DNA from: Flavobacteriales bacterium
GTDB lineage: Bacteria; Bacteroidota; Bacteroidia; Flavobacteriales_F; PHOS-HE28
Assembly: GCA_024103275.1 (NCBI GenBank)
Contig: JAGFIV010000066.1
Span: 10,531 to 74,530 of the forward strand
Direction of reading: 5' to 3'
DNA: 64,000 nt
The notes under the pieces are model-generated. The model saw only the letters and a list, made by a program, of their open reading frames with translations. It did no database searches and was not told the DNA's origin. The position numbers and the translations under genes were made by a program. The stretch's first letter is position 1. Each line of letters starts with the position of its first letter. Of this stretch, positions 26,454 through 35,347 are shown piece after piece.

Positions 26454-27412
26454 TGAAGGGCAGGAAATTGCGCGGATGGGCCTGGGCCTTGGTGCTGCTG
26501 ATCGGTGTGGCCCTGTCCTGTGCCTATTTCCTGGCCTGGCTGCCGCTGCGTCAGGGTTCCATGGACAAGGACCTCTTCGAACGGCAGATCGGTAGCCCGT
26601 TGCTGCTCTGGATGAACGGCTACTTGGGGCCGTTCCTGCACCTGGACTACCAAGGCATCATGAACTGGCTGGCCTTGCCCGTGCTGGTCTGGTGGACGGT
26701 GCGCCCTCCCGGGGGCGACCGCCGGTACCGGGCCGTGGGCATCCTGGTGATCATCTCGGCCGGGGTGATCGGTGCTTTCGGGGGCTTCAATCCCCGCTAT
26801 GGCTTCACGCTCTACCCCGTCGTGCTGGCCGTCGTATTCCTTGGCGCATGGCGCCTGATGATGTACTGGGAGGTGCCGCCACGCCGGCGAATGGTCGTCC
26901 TGGCATCCCTGGTGGCATTGCAGTATTTCAACGTGTCCATGGACGTGTTGTACCGGGTGCGGGCCTGGCGGATCGAGAAGATGGAAGCTGCCCGTACCGC
27001 ACCGCAAGGCATCGGGAACGCTTCCGGGAAAACGCTCGGGGTGCAGGAATGGCTGGACCAAGCGGGCATCGGTGCCTCCACCACCGTGCTGGTGAACAAC
27101 CTTCCACAGTTCTGGTATGGCGCGGCGCGCAAGGGTTTGTACTATTGGAGTGGGTCTGACCTGCTGTACGGTGCGCAGGGCCCCGAGCTGTTGTTGGAAA
27201 GGCGGACGGAGGATGAGGCCGCGCATTTCCTGGCGGACAGCCTGGGGTGCCGGTACGTCCTCACCACCGGTGACCTGAGCGGGTACGGCGAGCGCTTCAG
27301 GCCCTTCCTGGAAGACCGGTGTTCCTTGGTGGCGCTGGGGCCGCAGAACCTGCAGTTGTTCCGGATCCGTGATCTTCCTTCACCCGAGGGCCATGAAAGC
27401 GCCGACCGGTAA
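26453..27412 (+). CDS. membrane protein with a C-terminal soluble domain, family unassigned
   Basis: Start MKGRKLRGWAWALVLLIGV overlaps the upstream stop by 1 nt (TGATG). About 5 TM segments are followed by a ~150-aa soluble domain. Confidence 0.45.
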   Translation: MKGRKLRGWAWALVLLIGVALSCAYFLAWLPLRQGSMDKDLFERQIGSPLLLWMNGYLGPFLHLDYQGIMNWLALPVLVWWTVRPPGGDRRYRAVGILVIISAGVIGAFGGFNPRYGFTLYPVVLAVVFLGAWRLMMYWEVPPRRRMVVLASLVALQYFNVSMDVLYRVRAWRIEKMEAARTAPQGIGNASGKTLGVQEWLDQAGIGASTTVLVNNLPQFWYGAARKGLYYWSGSDLLYGAQGPELLLERRTEDEAAHFLADSLGCRYVLTTGDLSGYGERFRPFLEDRCSLVALGPQNLQLFRIRDLPSPEGHESADR

Positions 27413-28655
27413 GTTCACCTCCGACCTTGCTTGGAACGCGGCATCGTTCGCCTTGAGCGCCGTGTTCGGGATCCTCCTGAACGTGGTGATCCTGCGGGTG
27501 TACGATGCCACTGCCTTGGGCGTGTTCAACCTGGTGTACGCCGTCTATATCCTGCTGAGCCAGTTGGCCGTGGGCGGCGTTCATCTGGCGGTGCAGGCCT
27601 TCGTGCCCCGGGAACTTTTCCATGGCCGCCGCGCGGACCCGTTCATCACCGCCGCCATGTTGCTCTCCATGCTCACGTCCGTGCTGGTCATGGCCGCGGC
27701 GTGGTGGGGCAGGAGCCTGCCGGGGCTATGGTTCGAAAGCCCGATGGTCTCAGAAGCCTTCCCGTTGGTGATCTGGGGCCTGCTTTTCTTTTCCTGGAAC
27801 AAGGTGTTGCTGTCCTTCCACAACGGTGCCCGGCGCATGCGGCTCTTTGCCGTGTTCCAGCTGCTGCGTGCCGTACTCCTGTTCGCGGGCCTTTTGGCCA
27901 TGGTGTACAGTGAGGCAGGCCCGGCCCGCCTGCCGCAATTGTTGGCATGGACCGAGCTGGGCCTGTTCATCCTGCTGTTGCCCGTGAGCTTGCGCAGTTG
28001 GAGCCCTGGCCGCCAAGGGTTGAAGGATGCCATCGGGGAATCATTCCGCTTTGGGAATCGTGCGCTCACCGGCAATTTCCTGCTGGACATCAACACGCGC
28101 GTGGATGTCTTCCTGCTGGGCATCCTGCTCAATGAACGTGCCGTGGGCCTGTACAGCTTCGCTTCCACGGTGGCGGAAGGCGCCATGCAACTGCCGGTAT
28201 TGTTCCGGAACAACCTGAACCCGGTGATCAGCAAGGCCTGGAACCAAGGCGGACCCGCCTTGTTGGGCAAGGTGATGAGCCGTTCCAGGAAGGCGGCCTT
28301 CAAGCTCCTGGCCTTGGCCTTCGGCGCGTCCATCCTGCTTTTCCCGGTGGCCCTGCGCGTGGTGGGCATGGCCGATGAGCCCATGCTCGTCTGGATGGTC
28401 TATGCGGCCTTGGCCGGTGGTGGATTGCTTGTGGCCGGGCGCCTGCCCTTCATGATGCTGTTCAGCCAGTTGGGGTACCCCGGTTGGCAAACCCTCTTCA
28501 TCACCTGCGGCTTTTTGTTCAACGTGGCGCTGAACCTGGTGCTGATCCCGTTACTGGGCGTGGTGGGGGCGGGCTTGGCCACGGGCCTGGCCACGGTGGC
28601 TACCATGCTCCTTCACCGGTGGATGGCCTTCCGGATCGCCAAGGTGCGCTTCTAA
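27393..28655 (+). CDS. MOP-superfamily polysaccharide biosynthesis (Wzx-like flippase) protein
   Basis: Start taken at MKAPTGKF. Polytopic membrane protein with a Polysacc_synt-type N-terminus (LNVVILRVYDATALGVFNLVYAVYILLSQLAVGG). Confidence 0.65.
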   Translation: MKAPTGKFTSDLAWNAASFALSAVFGILLNVVILRVYDATALGVFNLVYAVYILLSQLAVGGVHLAVQAFVPRELFHGRRADPFITAAMLLSMLTSVLVMAAAWWGRSLPGLWFESPMVSEAFPLVIWGLLFFSWNKVLLSFHNGARRMRLFAVFQLLRAVLLFAGLLAMVYSEAGPARLPQLLAWTELGLFILLLPVSLRSWSPGRQGLKDAIGESFRFGNRALTGNFLLDINTRVDVFLLGILLNERAVGLYSFASTVAEGAMQLPVLFRNNLNPVISKAWNQGGPALLGKVMSRSRKAAFKLLALAFGASILLFPVALRVVGMADEPMLVWMVYAALAGGGLLVAGRLPFMMLFSQLGYPGWQTLFITCGFLFNVALNLVLIPLLGVVGAGLATGLATVATMLLHRWMAFRIAKVRF

Positions 28656-28740
28656 CGATCTATCCTTCTGGAGGGGCGGTTACTTTCACGCCCTTGGGCC
28701 GGAAGGCAATGATCATCGCCTTTCCCGCTGCTTCCGCCGC

Positions 28741-29856
28741 ATGACCCGCGTTTGCCACATCACCACGGTCCACGGGCCCTTCGACGACCGCATCTTCTTC
28801 AAGCAGTGCCGCTCCTTGGCGGCCGCCGGGTTTGATACCCACCTGGTGGCCCCGATCGACCGGGAGACCGTGGAGGACGGCGTACACATCCACCCCGTGC
28901 AAGTGCCGGCCTCGCGCCTGCTGCGGCCGCTGACCGGGGCATGGCATGCCTACCGCACGGCGCGGAAGCTGAAAGCGCGGATCTACCAGATACACGACCC
29001 TGAGCTGCTCTGGGTGGCGCTGTTGCTGAAGAGCTTCGGCGCGCGGGTGGTGTACGACATGCACGAGTCCATGCGCGGGCACATCCTCACCAAGACCTGG
29101 CTCGGCCCGCGCTGGTTGCGCAGGATCTTCTCGGGCCTCTACGGCCTGTTCGAGGACCTCGCCATCCGCCTTCTGGACCATGTGCTGGTGGTGGTGGAAA
29201 GCATGAAGGATGACCTCGTGAAACGCCATCCGGGGCGCGCCGCGAAGGTGACGGTGGTGCGCAACCTGCCGGTGATCGCGCTCATCGACCGGTCCTTGCA
29301 AACGATCCCGCGCAGCAACGACTTCACGTTGATCTACGTGGGCGGCCTGTCCCGGATCCGCGGCATCAAGGAAGTGGTGCAGGCCCTGGGCGAGGTGCCC
29401 GAAGTACACCTGAAGTTGCTGGGGCCATGGGCCGATGAAGCCTACCGGCGCGAATGTGCGGCACTGCCCGCCTGGGCGCGCGTGGAGGACCTGGGGCAGG
29501 TGCGCATGGACGCGGTGTACGACCATGTGCGCGCGGCCGACCTCGGCGTGTGCCTGCTTTATCCGGTGCACAATTACATGATCAGCCTGCCGATCAAGAC
29601 CTTCGAGTACATGGCCTGCGGCCTGCCCATGCTGCTGAGCGATTTCCCCTTCTGGCGGGAGACCTTCGGCCACTTCGCCTGGTTCGCGCCCACACAGGAC
29701 CCCGCGGCCATCGCGGAGGCCGTCCGCGCGGCGAAGGCCGATGCGCCGGGGCGCGCGGAACGCGGCCGCATGGGGCGGCAGGCGGCGCGCGAGCGCTACA
29801 GCTGGGAAAGTGAAAGCAGGCAATTGGTCGATCTTTACCGCGCCCTTTCCGCATGA
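28741..29856 (+). CDS. GT4 family glycosyltransferase
   Basis: Both GT-B halves are present. C-terminal motifs (LIYVGGLSRIRGIKEV..., the EYMACGLPMLLSD Gx-E motif) are typical of GT4. Confidence 0.8.
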   Translation: MTRVCHITTVHGPFDDRIFFKQCRSLAAAGFDTHLVAPIDRETVEDGVHIHPVQVPASRLLRPLTGAWHAYRTARKLKARIYQIHDPELLWVALLLKSFGARVVYDMHESMRGHILTKTWLGPRWLRRIFSGLYGLFEDLAIRLLDHVLVVVESMKDDLVKRHPGRAAKVTVVRNLPVIALIDRSLQTIPRSNDFTLIYVGGLSRIRGIKEVVQALGEVPEVHLKLLGPWADEAYRRECAALPAWARVEDLGQVRMDAVYDHVRAADLGVCLLYPVHNYMISLPIKTFEYMACGLPMLLSDFPFWRETFGHFAWFAPTQDPAAIAEAVRAAKADAPGRAERGRMGRQAARERYSWESESRQLVDLYRALSA

Positions 29857-30809
29857 CCGTTTCACCGCTCACAGGCGATACCGCCGCCGCGCTCGGCCTC
29901 GCGCCGGGGGCCTTGCCGCTCTTCCTCCGGGAGGAATGGCGCGGCATCGTGGGCGAGGGCTACGAGCGTTTGGCCGTGCTGGACAAGGATGGCAAGGCCG
30001 TGGCCGCCTTCAACCTGCACCGCACGCGCCGCGCCGGCCTGCGGCTGATCTCGCACCCGGCCTTCAACCCGCATTGCGGCCTGTGGCGCCGGCAGCAGGC
30101 GAAGAACCCCGCCAAGGCCGTGGGCGAGGTGAAGAAGCTGCACACCGCGCTGGCCGAATACCTGCTGGCGCAGGACGGCATGGTGCACCTGGCCTTCCCG
30201 CCGGAGGAGACCGACCTGCAGCCTTGGGCGTGGAGCGGGTTCAAGGTGGTGGCGCAGTGGACCTACCGGATCGATCTGGGGCAGGAGCTGGCCGCCATCC
30301 GCGCCGGGTACGCGGACAAGCAGCGCAGCGCCATCAAGAAAGGGCGCGCGGGCGGCCAGGTGCAGCCCACCCTCGACCCCGAGCGCGTGCTGCGTGCCGT
30401 GCGCAGCACCTTCGCCCGAAAGGGCAAGGGCCTGGACGAAGCCACCACCACCGCGCTGCTGCAGGCATTCCTGAAGCCCGGAACCGGCTTCGCCTTCATC
30501 GCCGTGGAGAACGGCCACGACACCGCGGCGGCCTTCTGCGCCTACGCCGCAGGCACCTGCTACTACCTGCTCGGCGGCGTGGACAAGGCCCATGCCTCCA
30601 ACGCCGCGGGCGCCATGGCCGTGGATGCCTGCATCGAACAGGCGCACGGCCTCGGCCTGCGCGTCTTCGATTTCGAGGGGAGCATGCTGCCCGAGGTGGA
30701 GCGTTACTTCCGCACCTTCGGCGGCACGCCCACGCCCTACTTCACCGTGAACCGCGCGCCCTTCCTCACCGAGGTGGCGCTGAAGAAGAAACTGCGCCAC
30801 CTGTTCTGA
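29853..30809 (+). CDS. FemAB-like / GNAT-fold acyltransferase (BioF2-like acetyltransferase domain)
   Basis: 318 aa. The C-terminal region (AFIAVENGHDTAAAFCAYAAGTCYYLLGGVDKAHASNAAGAMAVDACIEQAHGLGLRVFDFEGS) resembles FemAB/Acetyltransf_6 family proteins found in exopolysaccharide loci. It overlaps the upstream gene by 4 nt. Confidence 0.55.
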   Translation: MTVSPLTGDTAAALGLAPGALPLFLREEWRGIVGEGYERLAVLDKDGKAVAAFNLHRTRRAGLRLISHPAFNPHCGLWRRQQAKNPAKAVGEVKKLHTALAEYLLAQDGMVHLAFPPEETDLQPWAWSGFKVVAQWTYRIDLGQELAAIRAGYADKQRSAIKKGRAGGQVQPTLDPERVLRAVRSTFARKGKGLDEATTTALLQAFLKPGTGFAFIAVENGHDTAAAFCAYAAGTCYYLLGGVDKAHASNAAGAMAVDACIEQAHGLGLRVFDFEGSMLPEVERYFRTFGGTPTPYFTVNRAPFLTEVALKKKLRHLF

Positions 30810-30812
30810 GCC

Positions 30813-31646
30813 ATGCGTGTGATCCCCAGCCACGACGTGGACCACATCACCGTGTGGGAGCATTGGAAGGACCCGATCCTGCCGAAGTACATCGTGCGCG
30901 CCTACCTGGAACGTGCGTTGGGCAAGATCTCCTGGAAAGAGCTGGCCCTGCGCCACGGCGACTTCATCACCAACCGCTGGGAGCGCATCACCGAGGTGAT
31001 GGACCTGCACGAACGGCTGGGCATCCGCTCCTGCTTCTTTTTCGGCATGGCCAACGGCAAGGGCCTCTCGTACCCGCTGCGCCATGCGGAAAAGCACGTG
31101 CCGCAAGTACTCGCCCGCGGCTTCGAGGCCGGCGTGCACGGCATCGCCTATACCGATGAGGCGGCCATGGCCGAGGAGCACCGGCGCTTCGCGGCGATCA
31201 GCGGCCGCAGCGATTTCGGCATCCGCATGCACTACCTGCGGCAGGACGACACCACCTTCCGCAAGCTGGCCGCCCTGGGCTACCGCTTCGACGCCACCAG
31301 CCACGGCGTGCGCGATCCCTACCGGCTGCACGGCATCTGGCAGTTCCCGCTGCTGCTGATGGACGGCTGGGCCATGGATGGTGAAAAACGCTTCCAGAGC
31401 CGCGACCTGGAAGGGGCGAAGCGCTACACCATCGCGAAGATCGAGGAGGCCGAGCGGGCCGACCTCCGGTTCATGAGCATCCTGTTCCACGACCGCTACT
31501 ACAGCCCGGCCTTCGCCACGTGGAAGGCCTGGTACGAATGGCTGCTGGCGCACCTGAAGGAGCGCGGCCACAGCTTTGTTACGCACGGTGAGGCCATGGC
31601 GGAGCTGGAGGCCGGTGAAGGAAGCCCAACCCCGACGCGGCCATGA
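30813..31646 (+). CDS. putative polysaccharide deacetylase-like protein
   Basis: 277-aa soluble protein with an N-terminal HDVDH motif and conserved His/Asp residues that resemble CE4/NodB-like deacetylases. The assignment is weak. Confidence 0.4.
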   Translation: MRVIPSHDVDHITVWEHWKDPILPKYIVRAYLERALGKISWKELALRHGDFITNRWERITEVMDLHERLGIRSCFFFGMANGKGLSYPLRHAEKHVPQVLARGFEAGVHGIAYTDEAAMAEEHRRFAAISGRSDFGIRMHYLRQDDTTFRKLAALGYRFDATSHGVRDPYRLHGIWQFPLLLMDGWAMDGEKRFQSRDLEGAKRYTIAKIEEAERADLRFMSILFHDRYYSPAFATWKAWYEWLLAHLKERGHSFVTHGEAMAELEAGEGSPTPTRP

Positions 31647-32872
31647 GGGTCATCTTCCTCACCCAATACTTCCCGCCGGAGACCGGTGCCCCTCAGAACC
31701 GCCTGTTCGCCATGGCCAGCGGGCTGCAGGCCCAGGGCGCCCGGGTCACCGTGCTCACTGCCATGCCCAACTACCCGGACATGCGGATCCAGGACGGCTA
31801 CCGCGGCAAGCTGTACATGCGGGAGGAAATGAACGGGCTGGAAGTACACCGTGCCTGGCTTTTCGTTTCGCGCGGCAAAGGCATCCTGGCGCGCCTGTGC
31901 AACTACTTCTCGTTCGTCGTCACGGCCTTCATTGCCGGGCTGTTCAAGCTGCGCAAGGCCGATGTGTTGCTGGTGGAATCGCCGCCGCTCTTCCTGGGCA
32001 TCACGGCCATGCTGCTGGCCCGCCTGAAGGGCGCCAAGTTGGTGTTCAATGTGAGCGACCTCTGGCCGGAAAGCGCGGTGCAGCTCGGCCTCGTCACCAA
32101 CCGCTGGATGATCAAGGCCAGCACCTGGCTGGAGGAACTGTGCTACCGGAAGGCCGCGCTGATCACCGGGCAGACGCAGGGCATCGTGCGCAACATCAGC
32201 GGCCGCTTCCCGCGCAAGCAGGTGCTGTGGGTGCCCAACGGCGTGGACTTCGCCGCTTTGGCGGAAGCCGGTGCGGAGCCTGCTTCTGGATTCCGTGAGA
32301 AGCTTGGTATCGGCACCAACGACCTGGTGCTGGCCTACACGGGCATCATCGGCCATGCCCAAGGCTTGGAGACCGTGCTGGAGGCGGCGGCCAAGCTGCG
32401 CGGGCGCAAGGACATCCACTTCATCCTGATGGGCGATGGGCCGGAGAAGGAAAAGCTGCTTGACTTGAAAAAGCAGTTGGACCCTGTGCAGGTGCATTTC
32501 GTGGACCGCGTGCCGCGCAAGGAATTGCTGGGCCTGATGCGTTCCATCGACGCGGTGGTGGTGCCCCTGCGGCGCAACGACCTTTTCCTGGGGGCCATCC
32601 CCAGCAAGATCTTCGAGGCGCTGGCCTTGGGCAAGCCCGTCGTGCTCGGTGTTGATGGTGAGGCGCGGCAGCTCTTCATCATGGAAGGCCAGGCAGGGCT
32701 CTTCTTCACGCCCGAGGATGTCGGCGCTTTGGCCCAAGCCGCGATCCAGTATGCGGATGATCGGCCGTTGCTGGGCGAGCACGGGGCCAACGGCCAGCGC
32801 TACGTTCGTGAACATTTCGACCGGCAACGGATCACCGAAAAATTCCGGAATGCCCTTGAGCAGCTCACTTGA
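31643..32872 (+). CDS. GT4 family glycosyltransferase (WcaI-like)
   Basis: The N-terminus (MRVIFLTQYFPPETGAPQNRL) and the C-terminal FEALALGKPVV motif are typical of GT4 retaining glycosyltransferases. Confidence 0.8.
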   Translation: MRVIFLTQYFPPETGAPQNRLFAMASGLQAQGARVTVLTAMPNYPDMRIQDGYRGKLYMREEMNGLEVHRAWLFVSRGKGILARLCNYFSFVVTAFIAGLFKLRKADVLLVESPPLFLGITAMLLARLKGAKLVFNVSDLWPESAVQLGLVTNRWMIKASTWLEELCYRKAALITGQTQGIVRNISGRFPRKQVLWVPNGVDFAALAEAGAEPASGFREKLGIGTNDLVLAYTGIIGHAQGLETVLEAAAKLRGRKDIHFILMGDGPEKEKLLDLKKQLDPVQVHFVDRVPRKELLGLMRSIDAVVVPLRRNDLFLGAIPSKIFEALALGKPVVLGVDGEARQLFIMEGQAGLFFTPEDVGALAQAAIQYADDRPLLGEHGANGQRYVREHFDRQRITEKFRNALEQLT

Positions 32873-32915
32873 ACACGACGGCTGGCGCGAGTGCAGTGCG
32901 CTCTGGGGCCGTCGC

Positions 32916-34121
32916 GTGCTGTTGCTGGCCTTCGCGGCGCTGCCGGTAAAGGGCGAACTGGTTCCCTTGCCCCTCGTGGCGGGCATCGTGTTGGTGTTGC
33001 CCCAGGTGCCGTCCTTCGCCCGGTTGAAGGACAAGGCCCTGTTGCTCCTTCCTGTGGCATTCTACCTGCTGCACGTGCTGGGCATGGCCTGGACGGACGA
33101 CGTGGATTTCGGGCTTTTCGACCTGGAGGTGAAGCTGGGGCTTCTGCTGGTCCCCTTGGCCGGTGCGGGATTGGTCACCGGCGCGGGAAAGGACTGGCTG
33201 CGTCCGGCCATGATCGCCTTTTCCTTCGGCCTTCTGTTGGCCATGGGCCTAAGCTTCGGGGCAGGCATGGCCTGTTTCCTGGAGACCGGGTGGCGCGAAT
33301 GCTTCTCGCAGAGTTACCTGTCGCCATACATCCATCCGAGCTATTTGGCCTGGTATGCTTGTTGGGCGCTGTTCTATTGGGGCCGTGAACTGATCGACGG
33401 GAACGTGGGGGGAATGCGCTGGCCGTGGGCTTGCGGCATGCTGATGGTGCTACTCTTTGCTTTCGTGGTCATGGTGGCCAGCAAAAGCGGTTGGATCGGG
33501 TTGCTGCTGGTGCTTGCCGCACTGATGGTCCATGCGGCGCGGAGCTTGCCGGGAAGGGTGATGCGTTGGGTGGCCTTGGCCATATTGCTGGTCGCCATGC
33601 TCTCGGGGGCGTTGGTGTCCCGCATGCTGGTGGTGCGGGTTTCCGAGGCAGCCGATGCCGTAGGCAAGCTATTCCGGGACGACGGCTCCTTTGTTTCCGT
33701 TGAAAGCAGTTCGGACGAACGCTTGGTCGCGTGGACATGCAGCCGCCAATGCTTGGCCGCCTCCCCGTGGGGTGCGGGCACGGGCGATATCAAGCATGCA
33801 TTGATGGCTTGCTATGTGGGGAGAGGGGCCACGGCCGCCATCCAGCACCGGTTGAACAGCCATTCGCAGGTCCTCCAAAGCGGCGTGGCCCTTGGCTGGC
33901 CAGGCTTGTTGCTAGTGCTCGCGCTGATGCTGGTGCCGCTGACCATCGGCCTTTTCCGCAAGGACGTTTTCCTTTCAATCTTCGCAGGGTTGTTCATCCT
34001 CAACGGCACCATTGAATCCGTTCTGGAAGTGCAGGCCGGTGTGGTGTTCTTCATCTTGTTTTACGTGGTCCTGGTGCGCCGGTCCTCCATGCGCCGGGCC
34101 AAGCCAATCGTCCGCCCATGA
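32916..34121 (+). CDS. O-antigen ligase/polymerase-like (Wzy_C family) membrane protein
   Basis: The ORF frame is open from 32649, but the GT4 gene ends at 32872, so the first in-frame start after that (GTG at 32916) is used. About 10 TM segments and a large periplasmic loop (RDDGSFVSVESSSDERLVAWTCSRQCLAASPWGAGTGD) are typical of Wzy/WaaL proteins. The exact start is uncertain. Confidence 0.5.
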   Translation: MLLLAFAALPVKGELVPLPLVAGIVLVLPQVPSFARLKDKALLLLPVAFYLLHVLGMAWTDDVDFGLFDLEVKLGLLLVPLAGAGLVTGAGKDWLRPAMIAFSFGLLLAMGLSFGAGMACFLETGWRECFSQSYLSPYIHPSYLAWYACWALFYWGRELIDGNVGGMRWPWACGMLMVLLFAFVVMVASKSGWIGLLLVLAALMVHAARSLPGRVMRWVALAILLVAMLSGALVSRMLVVRVSEAADAVGKLFRDDGSFVSVESSSDERLVAWTCSRQCLAASPWGAGTGDIKHALMACYVGRGATAAIQHRLNSHSQVLQSGVALGWPGLLLVLALMLVPLTIGLFRKDVFLSIFAGLFILNGTIESVLEVQAGVVFFILFYVVLVRRSSMRRAKPIVRP

Positions 34122-35344
34122 TCCCCTTCTCACCGCCCCGCATCGACGACCGCACCATCGCCGCCGTGAACGAGGTCTTGCGCAGCGGATGGATCACCAC
34201 CGGGCCGCGCACCAAGGAGTTCGAGAAGCGGCTGGCCGCCTATTGCGCCGTGCAGCGGGTGATCGCCCTCAACAGCTGGACCAACGCGGCCGAGCTGGCG
34301 CTGCGGTGGTACGGCATCGGCCCCGGCGACGAGGTGATCGTGCCGGCCTACACCTATTGCGCCTCGGCCAATATCGTGAAGCACGTCGGCGCCAAGCCGG
34401 TGTTGGTGGACGTGCTGGATGATTTCACCATCGACCCCGACAAGGTGCGCCAGGCCATGAGCCCGCGCACCAAATGCATCATCCCCGTGGATGTGGGCGG
34501 CCTGCCGGCGCGCGTGGCGGACATCGTGCAGGTGGCCATGGATGCCTGTGCATGGTTCTCGCCCGCGGTGAACCTGCGCGTCGGCGGGTCCAACCCCCAG
34601 ATGCGCCTGGGACGCGCACTGGTGCTGGCCGATGCCGCCCATTCCTTCGGTGCCCGCGTGGGCGGGAAACCCTTGGGCGTGCAGGCCGACATCACCGGCT
34701 TCAGCTTCCATGCCGTGAAAAACCTCACCACGGCAGAGGGCGGCGCCTTGGCCTTCAACCTGCCCGCACCCTTCAACGCCGACGAGGTCTATGCCTGGTT
34801 CAATACCATGAGCCTGCATGGCCAAAGCAAGGATGCGCTGGCCAAGAACCGGCCGGGGGCGTGGCGCTATGATGTGGAGGGTGCGGGATGGAAGTGCAAC
34901 ATGACAGACATCCAGGCGGCGATCGGGCTGGTGGAGTTGGAGCGGTACGACTCCGAGACGCTGCCGCGCCGCAAAGCCATTTGCGAGCGGTATCAGGCCG
35001 CGTTCAGCGGTGATGCGCGGTTCATTCCGCCGCTGCTGCGCGATGCGGGGCGGGAGGGAAGCTACCACCTGTACATGCTGCGCGTGGCCGGGGCCTCGGA
35101 AGAGCAGCGCGATGCCATCATCCAGGCCATCTCCGCGCGTGACGTGAGCGTGAATGTGCATTTCATCCCGTTGCCCTTGCTGACGCACTACCGGAACACG
35201 GGCCACCGCATCGAGGATGTCCCGAACGCTTACACCCAATACAGCCGCGAGATCAGCTTGCCGGTGTATTACGACCTGGCGGATGCACAGGTGGATACCG
35301 TGATCGCTGCCGTGAAGGCTGCCGTAAAGGCTGTGATGGGCTGA
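34118..35344 (+). CDS. DegT/DnrJ/EryC1/StrS family PLP-dependent sugar aminotransferase (PglE/PseC-like)
   Basis: The N-terminus (MIPFSPPRIDDRTIAAVNEVLRSGWITTGPRTKEFEKRLAAY) and the PLP lysine region (FSFHAVKNLTTAEGGAL) are typical of this family. Confidence 0.85.
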   Translation: MIPFSPPRIDDRTIAAVNEVLRSGWITTGPRTKEFEKRLAAYCAVQRVIALNSWTNAAELALRWYGIGPGDEVIVPAYTYCASANIVKHVGAKPVLVDVLDDFTIDPDKVRQAMSPRTKCIIPVDVGGLPARVADIVQVAMDACAWFSPAVNLRVGGSNPQMRLGRALVLADAAHSFGARVGGKPLGVQADITGFSFHAVKNLTTAEGGALAFNLPAPFNADEVYAWFNTMSLHGQSKDALAKNRPGAWRYDVEGAGWKCNMTDIQAAIGLVELERYDSETLPRRKAICERYQAAFSGDARFIPPLLRDAGREGSYHLYMLRVAGASEEQRDAIIQAISARDVSVNVHFIPLPLLTHYRNTGHRIEDVPNAYTQYSREISLPVYYDLADAQVDTVIAAVKAAVKAVMG

Positions 35345-35347
35345 ACC

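Noticed and set aside
29862-31586. 574-aa minus-strand ORF antisense to the FemAB-like and deacetylase-like genes
   Set aside because: Shadow-frame composition. The sense-strand genes have recognisable folds and are translationally coupled.
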